From assembly GCA_016839805.1 (NCBI GenBank), contig JAEOTO010000031.1:128001-192000 (forward strand): a stretch of 64,000 nt of DNA. Direction: 5' to 3'. A model generated the notes under the pieces. That model saw only the letters and a program-made list of their open reading frames with translations, did not search any database and was not told where the DNA came from. Source of the DNA: Candidatus Hermodarchaeota archaeon. GTDB lineage: Archaea > Asgardarchaeota > Hermodarchaeia > Hermodarchaeales > Hermodarchaeaceae. Below are positions 19,247 through 29,536 of the stretch, piece by piece (positions within the stretch are counted from its first letter, which is position 1; each line of letters starts with the position of its first letter). The position numbers and the translations under genes were made by a program.

Positions 19247-20746
19247 ATGACACAGTTGGCTCGTCGAACAAATTCGCATCAACAGGGTAAGAGCTCTGAT
19301 AAACAGCTTAGAATTTTTAATTCACTGACGAAGCGAAAGGAACAATTCGTTCCACTTGAGTCCGGTAAGGTTCGGATGTATACCTGTGGGTTGACTGTAA
19401 ATTATTTGATGCATATCGGTCATGCACGCACGTATATCTTCTGGGATATTGTTGAACGATTCTTGCGATACCTCAATTACGAGGTGAGCCACGTTTCAAA
19501 TGTAACAGATATCAGTGTCGATGATAACATCCTGAAACGGGTGAGCACGAATGATCAAACCTTCCAACAACTAGTGACCCGTTACACGCAAGACTACTAT
19601 CATGACCGTCATCTCCTGGGTATCGCAGATCCCTATACTTATGCCATTGCGACACAGCACATCCAAGAAATGATTGAACTCATACAACGACTCCTTGACA
19701 GAGGCTTTGCTTATGAAGCAGATGATGGAGTATACTTCCGAATCGATGTCTTTCCCAAATATGGGCAGCTATCAGGGATCGACCCTAATACCCTTCAAGC
19801 AGGAGCAGGAGGTCGCATCGACAAGGATGAATATGATAAGGAGACTGTTGGTGATTTTGTCCTCTGGAAACGTACCAAACCCAGTGAGCCATTTTGGTAC
19901 AGTCCCTGGGGACCTGGTCGACCAGGCTGGCACATTGAATGCAGCGCTATGTCAGCTAAGTACCTGGGTCAAACTATCGATGTCTCCGGTGGAGGTGAGG
20001 ATAATATCTTTCCTCACCACGAAAATTCGATTGCCCAAAGCGAAGCAGCCAATGGAACTCCCTATGTGCGTTATTGGATGCACGTTCGACATCTCCAACT
20101 AGATGGTGAAAAAATGTCCAAGTCGACAGGGAATTTTTTGACCGTCCGAGAAACTTTGAATCAATACAGTGCTGCTACTCTCCGTCTTTTCCTCCTCAGT
20201 ACTCACTATCGGAAACCGCTAAGATTCAAAGACACGACCATTCATCGAAGCCAAAGACGAATCGATCGACTTCGCCAGGTTCTATCTCGACTTCAAGCCA
20301 TTAATGAAGGAAAAGCAAAACCGAGTCACGCTGAGAAGCAGATACTTAGTTCCCTACAAGAGGCTAAGCAATCTTTTGAATCAGCTCTTCTAGATGACTT
20401 CAATACCGGACGAGCTATCAATCATCTTTTTCGGTTTGTTAACTTAGTCCATTCCTTCCTTGATACACGAAATAACATTGCCAATAATACTGTACGAGAT
20501 TTGTTGACATTCTTTGAAAGCGTAGGTTCTGTATTATTTGGGGACCTTTATACTCGTGAGATAGATGTGAAACCGGATCCAGTTGTATCAAGGCTAGTTG
20601 GATTGTTGTTACAAGAGCGGGAACAGTATCGGCATCAACACCAATATCAGCAGGCGGATAGGATTCGCACTGTCCTGTCTGAGTTAGGGTTTGAAATTAC
20701 TGACACGAAATCGGGAATTCGATGGTGGATAAAGTCGAAAGCCTGA
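19247..20746 (+). CDS. cysS: Cysteine--tRNA ligase (divergent active site)
   Basis: [28 protein letters not shown]-terminal ADRIR anticodon domain; GGAGG RBS. Confidence 0.9.
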   Translation: MTQLARRTNSHQQGKSSDKQLRIFNSLTKRKEQFVPLESGKVRMYTCGLTVNYLMHIGHARTYIFWDIVERFLRYLNYEVSHVSNVTDISVDDNILKRVSTNDQTFQQLVTRYTQDYYHDRHLLGIADPYTYAIATQHIQEMIELIQRLLDRGFAYEADDGVYFRIDVFPKYGQLSGIDPNTLQAGAGGRIDKDEYDKETVGDFVLWKRTKPSEPFWYSPWGPGRPGWHIECSAMSAKYLGQTIDVSGGGEDNIFPHHENSIAQSEAANGTPYVRYWMHVRHLQLDGEKMSKSTGNFLTVRETLNQYSAATLRLFLLSTHYRKPLRFKDTTIHRSQRRIDRLRQVLSRLQAINEGKAKPSHAEKQILSSLQEAKQSFESALLDDFNTGRAINHLFRFVNLVHSFLDTRNNIANNTVRDLLTFFESVGSVLFGDLYTREIDVKPDPVVSRLVGLLLQEREQYRHQHQYQQADRIRTVLSELGFEITDTKSGIRWWIKSKA

Positions 20747-20763
20747 AAATAAAAAAGATATGA

Positions 20764-20789
20764 TGCGTCCACCTTCCTTGGTGGGCGCA
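20764..20789. terminator. Stem-loop between convergent cysS and nuoN-like genes
   Basis: TGCGTCCACC-ttcctt-GGTGGGCGCA, 10-bp stem with one GU pair. Confidence 0.55.
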
Positions 20790-20798
20790 CTATTACCA

Positions 20799-22424
20799 TT
20801 ATGGAATCAATCCTAGAACGCTTTGGGCTGCTAAGGTTGCCGCGTTCAGGAAGAATGTGGGGAAGAGTCCTATGCCTATGATGAAGATCATTAGAACGCC
20901 AATGGCAAAGAGTAAGAGTGGATGAGCTTCCTTTGCAGTAGCTGCTTCTGGGCTGGGTTCTGAGAAGACAAGGATTTGTATCATGCGCAAGTAATAGACG
21001 ACGCTGAAGGCGCTCATGAGTACTAGGAAAATTGTTGCGATGTAGGTTCCTGCAACGATGGAACCCCAGATGATGTAGAATTTGCTGTAGAATCCAATGA
21101 GTGGTGGGACGCCAGCTAATGAGAGGGCGGCGATTGTGAAGCAGAACATAGTGAACGGCATGCGCCGACCGGCTCCACGGAGTTTGTCTAGGTCCCGGGT
21201 GTGTAGGGTATGCAAGAATATGCCAGAGATCAAGAAGAGCATGCCTTTAGCAAGCATATGACTGGTGATGTGGAATAAACTGCCAGTGACAGAATATATC
21301 AGGGCATTTTCGTAGGTTCCGGCTGGATAGGGTGGACTGGGGAAGAAGAAGGGTATCAAGGCAATGCTGAAGCCAAAGATGATGTATCCAACGTTTACAA
21401 TTGTCGAGTATGCAAGTAACCGTTTAAGGTCTTTTTGAGTGAGTGCCATTAGGTTCCCGTAGATCATGGTGAAGAGGGCAAACCAGTTAAGTATCGTCCC
21501 ATAGTAAACGAAGGTATAGGGATTATAGAAGAGGACGAGAAGACGAATGATGGCATAGCTTCCAGTCATGATGACAACGCCACTAAGCATAGCACTAATC
21601 CCACTGGGGGCAGCAGGATGGGCATCTGGGAGCCAAGTGGCGAGTGGTGCAATTGCCGCTTTGACACCAAAACCGATGACTAAACCTACAATTGTGAATA
21701 CAAGTAGTCCGTAAAGCGGGGATGTGACGGTTGGGGCGAGTGTAACGAGAATGCTTCCGATTTCATAGAGGTTAATTGTACCAGTTATGCCATAGAGGAT
21801 AGACATGGTGAAGAGGATTAACGTCGATCCGACGGCACTTAGTAATAGGTATTTGATGCCTGCTTCCAGTGGTTCGGCTTCGTCTCTGCGGAATGCAACT
21901 AATACATAGCTGCTTATCGACATGGTTTCCCAGAAGATAAAGAGGGTGAAGAAGTCGCCAGCCATGACGACACCAATCATTCCGCCCACAAGTGTAAGGA
22001 GAAGTCCATAGTACAGGGAGAGTCGGGTGTCATGTTCCATGTACTTAATCGAGTAGAGGGAAACAAAGAACGCTAGGAACGAAAAGATTACTGCCATGAA
22101 AACCGTAAATAGATCTATTCGAAAGAAGGTGGCTCCTGTCGTGGCATCATATGCACCTGGAGGCCAATACCAGATGTTAATGGGGTTAAATCCATTATTG
22201 ACAATTTGATACCAAAGCCCATAGGTGGTTCCCCAAGGGGTTACGATGGGAAAGGGTAGAACTAGAAACAGTATACCAATGAAAAAGAAAAGGGCTGAAA
22301 GTGCTCCCATAGCCACTTTTGCTCGTTCCTTTGTGAATCTACCGAGCAAGGCGATGATAAGTCCTCCAACGAAGAGTATCCACAGGGGGATTAGTTGAAT
22401 CCATTCTAAAGGTCCGATAGCCAT
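20799..22424 (-). CDS. nuoN: Proton-translocating antiporter-like subunit (NuoN/MrpD/MbhH type)
   Basis: EAGIKYL, KAAIAPLATWLPDAHPAAP, LKRLLAYS, SLAGVPPLIGFYSK. Confidence 0.85.
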   Translation of the reverse strand: MAIGPLEWIQLIPLWILFVGGLIIALLGRFTKERAKVAMGALSALFFFIGILFLVLPFPIVTPWGTTYGLWYQIVNNGFNPINIWYWPPGAYDATTGATFFRIDLFTVFMAVIFSFLAFFVSLYSIKYMEHDTRLSLYYGLLLTLVGGMIGVVMAGDFFTLFIFWETMSISSYVLVAFRRDEAEPLEAGIKYLLLSAVGSTLILFTMSILYGITGTINLYEIGSILVTLAPTVTSPLYGLLVFTIVGLVIGFGVKAAIAPLATWLPDAHPAAPSGISAMLSGVVIMTGSYAIIRLLVLFYNPYTFVYYGTILNWFALFTMIYGNLMALTQKDLKRLLAYSTIVNVGYIIFGFSIALIPFFFPSPPYPAGTYENALIYSVTGSLFHITSHMLAKGMLFLISGIFLHTLHTRDLDKLRGAGRRMPFTMFCFTIAALSLAGVPPLIGFYSKFYIIWGSIVAGTYIATIFLVLMSAFSVVYYLRMIQILVFSEPSPEAATAKEAHPLLLFAIGVLMIFIIGIGLFPTFFLNAATLAAQSVLGLIP

Positions 22425-22440
22425 CTTTTTTCAACCTCCA

Positions 22441-23967
22441 TTATGGGGGAACCATGGGTAGAAGTGGTGGTAGCGCAGTGAATAGCGGATTGAGTACGAT
22501 TGCAGGCCAAATTCCTAGTACGATGATGAGGGCAGCCAGTATAATCATAGGAATGCGCATAGTCCAGGGGCTGTCCGTAGTGTTTTCTAACTCGGTGGGA
22601 GTGGTACCGAAGAAAACGCGTTTGAAAAACCAGAGGATGTAAGCTGCTGTAATGGCAGTGGATGCCACAGCAAACATCACTAAGAGAACAGTATAGCCAA
22701 GGGCACCGCCAGCGAATATTATCCATTCAGAGGCAAATCCTGCTAATGGCGGTGTTCCTGCGATGCTTAGTCCAGCGATCAGGGCGATTGTAGCTGTCCA
22801 AGGCATCTTCTTAGCAAGGCCACCCATGGCATTGGCATCACGACCGCGAGTATGGCCAATTTGAAGAATTAGGACACCAGCGACCATAAACAAGAGACCC
22901 TTGCCGAGGGCATGAGTGAAGATATGGAAGGTGGCACCGATTACACCCAGAAGGACTGCTGTTCCTAAGCCAAAGAAGATGTAACCCATCTGAGAAACCG
23001 AAGAATAGGCGAAGAGACGTTTCGTGTCCTTTTGAGCTAAGGCCATAATACCACCATATAGCATGGTAATTAGCCCAAAGATCATTAGGATGAGGGTAAA
23101 AGCTCCATAGGCTGGGAGCATGAATGTCATTAGAACCCGAACCATTGCATAGGCTGCGGTTTCAATCATTACACCTGACAAGATGACGCTAATTGGTGTG
23201 GGAGCTTCGGCGTGGGCGTCGGGTAGCCAGGTGTGCAGTGGGAAAATTGCCATTTTCACAGCAAAGCCAATTGTAAGCAAGATGACAATGACTTTTGTAA
23301 TTTCAAAGGCAAGGAGTTGAGCGGAATTAGCTAAAGGCCAGATCCAGGAGAGGTCAATGGTTGATCCGAGAAGTGATGACATGTTCAGAGTGGGATTGCC
23401 ACCAAGGTTTGAAAGAGACCACATGCCAGCGATGCCAACGATAATTAGGACAGCCCCAATGTGCGTGAAGATGAAGTACTTGAGAGCAATGCTTGTTGAT
23501 TGGGGTTTCGTTCCCCATTCTGCGATAAGGAAGTAGCTGGGTATGAGCATGAGCTCCCAGAGAATGTAAAACTGGAAGAGGTTTGTCGCCATGACTACAC
23601 CAAGTATGCCAGCGTTGTATAGGAGCAGGAGGGCGAAGTATCGGCTTTTTCCGTGTTCCTTTTTCATGTAGGCGATTGAGTAGCTGGTAGCAGCAGTGGT
23701 TAGAATTAAAACGATTCCTGCAACGGTTACGCTAAGTCCATCAAGAAGCCAGCCAAAGGCGAATGGTCCCCAGAAGAAGCCTTCAACGTAATAACCAACG
23801 GTTATAACTTCCCACCAGGCTAAGCCGAAGGTGACTACGCAAGCGAGCATGATGAGGAGGGAGAAGTAACCAGAATATTGGCCATTGCGTCGACCAATAA
23901 TCCAAGCGATTGGTGCGCCGATAATCATAAGCAACATGGTGAATGTTAGATACCAGAAGAAAGCCAT
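22441..23967 (-). CDS. nuoM: Antiporter-like subunit NuoM
   Basis: WELMLIPSY, KMAIFPLHTWLPDAHAEAP, AYSSVSQMG, GTPPLAGFASE. Confidence 0.9.
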   Translation of the reverse strand: MAFFWYLTFTMLLMIIGAPIAWIIGRRNGQYSGYFSLLIMLACVVTFGLAWWEVITVGYYVEGFFWGPFAFGWLLDGLSVTVAGIVLILTTAATSYSIAYMKKEHGKSRYFALLLLYNAGILGVVMATNLFQFYILWELMLIPSYFLIAEWGTKPQSTSIALKYFIFTHIGAVLIIVGIAGMWSLSNLGGNPTLNMSSLLGSTIDLSWIWPLANSAQLLAFEITKVIVILLTIGFAVKMAIFPLHTWLPDAHAEAPTPISVILSGVMIETAAYAMVRVLMTFMLPAYGAFTLILMIFGLITMLYGGIMALAQKDTKRLFAYSSVSQMGYIFFGLGTAVLLGVIGATFHIFTHALGKGLLFMVAGVLILQIGHTRGRDANAMGGLAKKMPWTATIALIAGLSIAGTPPLAGFASEWIIFAGGALGYTVLLVMFAVASTAITAAYILWFFKRVFFGTTPTELENTTDSPWTMRIPMIILAALIIVLGIWPAIVLNPLFTALPPLLPMVPP

Positions 23968-23978
23968 TTTTGTTCACC

Positions 23979-26135
23979 TCATGGGAAGAAGGGAAGAGGA
24001 ATTAGCAGTACGCCTCCTAGGAACTGAAACAGGAGGATTAAGACGAGGAACATTACTGCACCGATGAGCAGCAGAATCATGTTCCAGCTGTGGACACCGG
24101 TTTGTATTCGACGCCAGCGGCGGCTCAGACCCATCGCGCCATCCGCTAGGACATAATTGAATTTGTCAATGCCTTTAGCTTCGATGTTACTGAACATGCC
24201 CCGGGTGAATGCAAGTCCACCTGAGACGAAGATCTTGTACATGGCGGCGTTCCAGTACCAGCGGTTATACAGGAAGGTGTGGATACGGCCCAGAAAACCA
24301 CGACCCACGAAGTCTGGACTCCAGCTCCGCCGGATATAGAACATGTACCCCAGGAACCCACCAACGAAGAGTACACCAAGGGTAATAAGAAAGGTTGGGG
24401 ATGCGAACACTTCCTGGAAGTAGTGAATGTACATAGTAAGAAGATCAGACAAGTGTGGCGCATGTGGGATTGATGGATATGTATTTTGCCAGAAGGCAAA
24501 GAAGAACTGTTTCAGGAAAGGTTCAAGGAAACCAATAACGACTGTTGCAGCAGCTAGGATCGCTAATGGCACCCACATAACGGCTGGGGCCTCATGAACG
24601 GGTTTTCCTTCTGCTGTAAGGTCTTTGACATTTTTACTGGGTTCACCCAGGAAAGTCATTCCAATCATTCGGAGACTGTAGAAGAACGTGAGAATACCTG
24701 TGAGGGCTCCGAAGAACAGGAAGATCCAGCCCCATAAACTGCCTAAATTAAAGCCAAGGAACCAGGCCGATGCAAAGATCGCTTCTTTACTCCAGAATCC
24801 GCTGAATGGTGGAAATCCACTGAGAGCAAGAGCTCCAATAACCATAACTACAAAGGTTATGGGCATGGCTTTACGGATTCCACCCATATCATCCATGTAT
24901 TTACTGTGAACCGCGTGAAGCACAGCACCAGCAGAGAGGAAGAGCAGAGCTTTGAAGACAGCATGCGCGGCAAGATGGAAGACACCAGCTGTGTATCCGA
25001 GGGCTCCTTCAGCTGTAAAGGCGAAGATGCCGATTGCCATGAACATATAGCCAAGTTGACTTATAGTGCTGAATGCAAGGACTTTCTTTAATTCCCTGGA
25101 AACAAGAGCCATCGTGGCGGCCATAAAGGCTGTAAATGTACCGATAACAGCTATGATTAGGAAGAAGTTCACGAGAACCAACTGGGCAATTGGAACAGCA
25201 ACTTGGTAGAAGCCTTCAACTAAGATTGGCGCCATACGAGCAATCAGATACACTCCAGCTTTCACCATAGCCGCAGCGTGAATAAGCGCAGATACTGTAG
25301 TGGGACCAGCCATTGCCTCTGGAAGCCAGAATTGTAAGGGGAATTGAGCACTTTTTCCGATAGGACCAAGGAAAAAGAGGAGTAAGACAACAAACATCAA
25401 AACGCCATTCAAAAACAGGGCCATGTTACCAAGCCAAGCAAAATCGGAGAGTAGGACTTGGTAGTTGAAGGTAGGATTCCCAACAGAGACTGTAAAGAAG
25501 AAGATAAAGATGATAGAAATGAGAAGCCCTACATCCCCAACGCGTGTGACAACAAAGGCTTTCATACCACTATGAGAGTTAAGCTTGCCTTCAGTGACTT
25601 CGCCTAGTTGGTCATCATAGACCATGTTGGGTCTGTTATACCAGAAGCCAATTAGGGCATAGGAACAGAGCCCGACAATTTCCCAGCCAATAAAAGTTTG
25701 GAGCAGGTTATTAGCCATGACGAGGAGGACCATGCCACCGACGAAGAGCTGCATGAAAAACCAGTACCGAGTCAGAGAGGGGTCTCCATGCATATAACCC
25801 AGACTGTACACAAGGATGAGAAAGCTAACACCAGTAGCAACACAGGCCATGAAAACTGATAACGGATCGACCAAGACTCCCCATTCAAGAGTTGTGAAAC
25901 CCGGGATAGAGATCCATGGTATAGCCTCTTCATACCAAAGCATTGGTGGAGCGTTTATCCAAGCAGCTCCTGACAAGATATCGGGGATCATGGAGAATGC
26001 CATGACCATACCGAGGAAGCCAAAAAGGATGGCTCCATAGTCACGAAGTTTAGGATGGAATTTCGCAAAGATCGGCGTAAGCAATGCCCCAATCAAGGGG
26101 AACAACCAGCAAAGCCATGCAGCGTATGGTAGCAT
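23979..26135 (-). CDS. nuoL: Antiporter-like subunit NuoL
   Basis: GWEIVGLCSY, KSAQFPL..WLPEAMAGPTTVSALIHAA, GFWSKE, C-terminal transverse-helix region. Confidence 0.93.
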   Translation of the reverse strand: MLPYAAWLCWLFPLIGALLTPIFAKFHPKLRDYGAILFGFLGMVMAFSMIPDILSGAAWINAPPMLWYEEAIPWISIPGFTTLEWGVLVDPLSVFMACVATGVSFLILVYSLGYMHGDPSLTRYWFFMQLFVGGMVLLVMANNLLQTFIGWEIVGLCSYALIGFWYNRPNMVYDDQLGEVTEGKLNSHSGMKAFVVTRVGDVGLLISIIFIFFFTVSVGNPTFNYQVLLSDFAWLGNMALFLNGVLMFVVLLLFFLGPIGKSAQFPLQFWLPEAMAGPTTVSALIHAAAMVKAGVYLIARMAPILVEGFYQVAVPIAQLVLVNFFLIIAVIGTFTAFMAATMALVSRELKKVLAFSTISQLGYMFMAIGIFAFTAEGALGYTAGVFHLAAHAVFKALLFLSAGAVLHAVHSKYMDDMGGIRKAMPITFVVMVIGALALSGFPPFSGFWSKEAIFASAWFLGFNLGSLWGWIFLFFGALTGILTFFYSLRMIGMTFLGEPSKNVKDLTAEGKPVHEAPAVMWVPLAILAAATVVIGFLEPFLKQFFFAFWQNTYPSIPHAPHLSDLLTMYIHYFQEVFASPTFLITLGVLFVGGFLGYMFYIRRSWSPDFVGRGFLGRIHTFLYNRWYWNAAMYKIFVSGGLAFTRGMFSNIEAKGIDKFNYVLADGAMGLSRRWRRIQTGVHSWNMILLLIGAVMFLVLILLFQFLGGVLLIPLPFFP

Positions 26136-26155
26136 TTTTCTCTTTCACCCCAGCG

Positions 26156-26491
26156 TTAATGACGTAATTTGTTGAGTTTCCGGATATCCAATGTTCCGAA
26201 TTTATTGTAGGCTCGAATAATGAACGCGAGCCCAATAGCAATCACACCACCACCAATACAGATACTGATGATGACGATTGCTTGAGCCATCAAATCGATA
26301 TAGAACCCAGACCAGGCAATAGCAAACGTGACGAAGTTGAGATGAGCCCCGTCGAGTAATAATTCTAAAGCAATGATGAACTTAATCATGTTACGTTTTG
26401 TTGCCATCCCGTAGATACCAATCGCATACAGAATTACAGCAACTATCAGAAAGACTTGAATGGGAACTCCTAAGAGATCTAGGTACGACAA
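26156..26491 (-). CDS. nuoK: NuoK/MbhG-like subunit
   Basis: IGIYG...KRNMIKFIIALELL, 3 TM, GTLDIRKL tail. Confidence 0.88.
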   Translation of the reverse strand: MSYLDLLGVPIQVFLIVAVILYAIGIYGMATKRNMIKFIIALELLLDGAHLNFVTFAIAWSGFYIDLMAQAIVIISICIGGGVIAIGLAFIIRAYNKFGTLDIRKLNKLRH

Positions 26492-26497
26492 TTCGAT

Positions 26498-26797
26498 TTA
26501 CTCCTTCTCCTTCTTTTCGCTTGCTTCACTTGGCACCTCATGGAAGAAAGCCGAGGCAGCTAAAGCGGCGACGAATAAGAATACGGCTTGTAACACCATA
26601 TCGATGCCACGATAATGCCACAACATATCGCCAAGTCTATGAATCATTTCGTAAACAATATCAGGCTGGACGAATCGATTAAGTGGAATTGGGGCTGGCG
26701 GTACAAGCACAACTCCAGGAAGTCCCATACTAATCACGTATGCCATGATAATTCCAAAAAACAATGTAAGAATAAATCCAGCCACTTTAATTCTCAT
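26498..26797 (-). CDS. NuoJ C-terminal half / MbhE-like subunit
   Basis: LGDMLWHYRGIDMVLQAVFLFVAA; position between J-N and K. Confidence 0.7.
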   Translation of the reverse strand: MRIKVAGFILTLFFGIIMAYVISMGLPGVVLVPPAPIPLNRFVQPDIVYEMIHRLGDMLWHYRGIDMVLQAVFLFVAALAASAFFHEVPSEASEKKEKE

Positions 26798-27150
26798 TAG
26801 ACATCCTCCTCTTCGACTTCACCAGTCCCACGACGCGTTGTAAGCGACACCGCTGCAACCAGTAAAATACTCACAGCACCAGCATACACCGCTAGCTGGA
26901 AGAAGGCGACCCATGGTGCGAAAAGTGCCAGGTAGATTAGGGCTAAAGCGATGGCCGAGCCAGCGAGGTAGAGGGCAGCGTGTAAGAGGTCTTTATCTTC
27001 GATTGCCAGCACTGCAAAGATTACAACCATTATTAGGAGACCATAAATTGAATATCCGGCGAATCCCGGAATTAGCATAATTAAGAATAATACAATGGCT
27101 ACTGCTATGATAGCAAGTAAACCAACGAAGATTGTTCGGGACATAGACAT
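26797..27150 (-). CDS. nuoJ: NuoJ N-terminal half / MbhD-like subunit
   Basis: DLLHAALYL...APWVAFFQLAVYAGAVSIL; probable start ATG 27150 or 27144. Confidence 0.8.
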   Translation of the reverse strand: MSMSRTIFVGLLAIIAVAIVLFLIMLIPGFAGYSIYGLLIMVVIFAVLAIEDKDLLHAALYLAGSAIALALIYLALFAPWVAFFQLAVYAGAVSILLVAAVSLTTRRGTGEVEEEDV

Positions 27151-27342
27151 CGTTGGACGCTCCGTCTGGGTGACTGGAGTAGTTAGACTCGCTTTTTCCT
27201 TGCTTCTGCTTAAAAGTGTAGCTACAAGTTTGACTTTTTTTGCTTCGAGGGATATTTTGGAATAAATTTGGGCTGAGTATTGAGAAAGGTAAATACGTGA
27301 AGACCCACCTGATGGCAAGTAGAATTAATTCGTTAGGAAGGA

Positions 27343-27906
27343 TTGCCTATCGTTCAGTTACCACCAGTGATTTCTGTATTCGGATACAAAGATTCAGGGA
27401 AAACCACAGTTACCACAGGGATCATTAATCATCTTCACGAGCAGCGTCATCGGATTTTGAGCGCGAAACATGTCGGCGAACCGCATTTTTCTCTCGATAG
27501 CCCAGGGACTGACTCCTATCGACATTTAGAAGCTGGTGCTGTGGCAACGGTTCTGCAAAGTGAATCTTCAGCGTCACTTTTATTCAAAGAGCCGATAACC
27601 GACATTAGAGAATTATTACATCGAGGTGTAAAAGCGGTTTCAGCTGATGTGATTGTTCTCGAAGGGTTTCGGTTCTGGACCCAGAAGCATGCCCAAATTG
27701 CAAAAATCATCTGTATCCGAACCCTTGATGAAATAACTGAGTTTCAAGCAGAGACTGTTGGACCCATTCTTGGGCAATGCACATTAAATCCTGAGATTAC
27801 TACGGTGATTCAAATCCCTGATGAATTTCCTTTCCTCCTCGAAGCTACTGATAATTGGCTTCTAACAGCACCCAAAATTACCCTTGGTGAAAAAAATGGC
27901 TTCTGA
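27343..27906 (+). CDS. mobB: Molybdopterin-guanine dinucleotide biosynthesis protein B
   Basis: GYKDSGKTT P-loop, KH...DSPGTDSYRH..AGA, VLEGF. Confidence 0.88.
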   Translation: MPIVQLPPVISVFGYKDSGKTTVTTGIINHLHEQRHRILSAKHVGEPHFSLDSPGTDSYRHLEAGAVATVLQSESSASLLFKEPITDIRELLHRGVKAVSADVIVLEGFRFWTQKHAQIAKIICIRTLDEITEFQAETVGPILGQCTLNPEITTVIQIPDEFPFLLEATDNWLLTAPKITLGEKNGF

Positions 27907-28063
27907 AAAAAAGAAAACTACTCTCGTAATCTTCGAACGCGAAATTGGGCTAAATGAGTACACAACGAATTTACTTCACAAAATCGTTTTAGCAGTTGTA
28001 TCCACACTCCGGACACCAGAACTCAAAGGCTCGGAGAACATCCGCATCGAAATTAGTAAATAA
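27896..28063 (+). CDS. 55-aa protein resembling the C-terminal domain of long MobB proteins
   Basis: MASEKKKTTLVIFEREIGLNEYTTNLLHKIVLAVVSTLR...IRIEISK; GGTGA RBS; overlaps mobB end. Confidence 0.6.
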   Translation: MASEKKKTTLVIFEREIGLNEYTTNLLHKIVLAVVSTLRTPELKGSENIRIEISK

Positions 28064-28089
28064 CCTTTGATGCTTCGGTTGCAATAGTC

Positions 28090-28590
28090 ATGAAAAATTT
28101 ACTTCCAGTAAAAGTAGTAAAGTTACACAGTGTTCCTAAACAACCAGGTATCTATGCGCTACTCATCCATATCGTAATGAATATCAGAATTCAGCCCCGG
28201 AAACAGCCGGAATTTGAGCTTCCTCCAGCTATCTACGTAAATGGGGGACCAGCCTTAGGTATAACATCAACAAACCTAAGACAGCGAATTCACCGCCATT
28301 TTCAAACCACATCACAGAACCCCTTGTTTTGGCATATTGATTTTCTTCTCCAGGAAACAGGCCCGCCAATCCTCTGCGTTTTCGCTGAAACACAACAACC
28401 CTTGGAATGCTTACTCATACAAACCCTCCAAGCCAAGGGGGGTCGACCCATTCTCGGATTTGGTTCCTCCGATTGTAAGGTCAACTGTGGGGGTCACCTC
28501 CTTTCCTATCCAAACAACTTAGAAAAGACTAGTTCAAAATTAGTGCAAGCATTTCATACTCTTGAACTAGAGCCAATTATTACTAGTTAA
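28090..28590 (+). CDS. DUF123/GIY-YIG (Uri) nuclease family protein
   Basis: GIYAL, RIHRH, WHIDF, GFGSSDC..C..HL; second motif reads YVNGGP rather than YxGS. Confidence 0.8.
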   Translation: MKNLLPVKVVKLHSVPKQPGIYALLIHIVMNIRIQPRKQPEFELPPAIYVNGGPALGITSTNLRQRIHRHFQTTSQNPLFWHIDFLLQETGPPILCVFAETQQPLECLLIQTLQAKGGRPILGFGSSDCKVNCGGHLLSYPNNLEKTSSKLVQAFHTLELEPIITS

Positions 28591-28725
28591 AATAACAAAT
28601 TAACCTGGGCGATTGTATTTGATAGGAGCCGAAACGGGGAAAAAAAAATCCCGTGGGAGCAAGCCTTTTATACATAGCCAAACCCTTTGACTGCTAACGA
28701 GCCAAACCAGTGGTGAACCCGGAGA

Positions 28726-29058
28726 ATGCAGTTCGATTGGTTAGCAAATATCCAAGGAGTCGGCTGGTTCTTGGCCGCCTTTGGCGTGATTCTCCTAATT
28801 GTCCTTCTGTTGTATTGGATTGGTAAGCGAATTGCTCCAAGTAATCCAACAAAGGAGAAGACCACCACCTATGCTTGTGGTGAGGATCTGCCTGCAGTCA
28901 AAACACAATTCCATACCCAACTTCTCCGATACGCCGTCTACTTCACAATTTTTGACATTGTCGCCTTTATCCTGGCAACTTCAATGGGTGTTCTCGGATG
29001 GGTACCTCTTATCTACCTTCTTGTCGCCTTTGTAGCAATCCTCATCCTGAAGAAATAG
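28726..29058 (+). CDS. nuoA: NuoA-like subunit
   Basis: 3 TM, KTTTYACGE loop, YFTIFD. Confidence 0.85.
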   Translation: MQFDWLANIQGVGWFLAAFGVILLIVLLLYWIGKRIAPSNPTKEKTTTYACGEDLPAVKTQFHTQLLRYAVYFTIFDIVAFILATSMGVLGWVPLIYLLVAFVAILILKK

Positions 29059-29070
29059 GAGACTAAGAAA

Positions 29071-29505
29071 ATGGGTATCGTTGACAAACTCGTAACATGG
29101 GCACGCATCAAATCCCCCTGGGTCCTACACCTTAATAGTGGTGGATGTAATGGTTGCGATATCGAAATTCTTGATGCATTAACACCCCGATATGACCTAG
29201 AACGGTTTGGTGTTCTGCTAAAAGGCAGTCCACGACATGCAGATGTGCTTCTTTGTTCTGGTCCAATTACAAAACAGGTAGCCAAGCGATTCCTACGCAT
29301 CTACAACCAAACACCGGATCCGAAATTCGTTGTGGGTATCGGGGCTTGTACCATGTCAGGCGGCGTCTTCCGAGAATGTTACAATGTTACTGGTGGTCTT
29401 GAGGGCGTTATCCCTGTGGACGCCTGGATTCCTGGTTGTCCACCCAAACCAGAAGCGATCATTTATGGTGTTGCGGCACTTCTTGGTAAATTACAGGGCG
29501 GATAA
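29071..29505 (+). CDS. nuoB: NuoB-like / group 4 [NiFe]-hydrogenase small subunit
   Basis: GCNGCDIE, YDLERFG, SPRHAD, GAC..SGG, PGCPPKPE. Confidence 0.92.
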   Translation: MGIVDKLVTWARIKSPWVLHLNSGGCNGCDIEILDALTPRYDLERFGVLLKGSPRHADVLLCSGPITKQVAKRFLRIYNQTPDPKFVVGIGACTMSGGVFRECYNVTGGLEGVIPVDAWIPGCPPKPEAIIYGVAALLGKLQGG

Positions 29506-29536
29506 AAATTCCTTGTGATTGATGGAGGAACACAAT

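Noticed and set aside
27151-27318. Long N-terminal extension of the NuoJ-like ORF
   Set aside because: Non-homologous hydrophilic sequence covering the divergent promoter region; ATG 27150/27144 is more plausible
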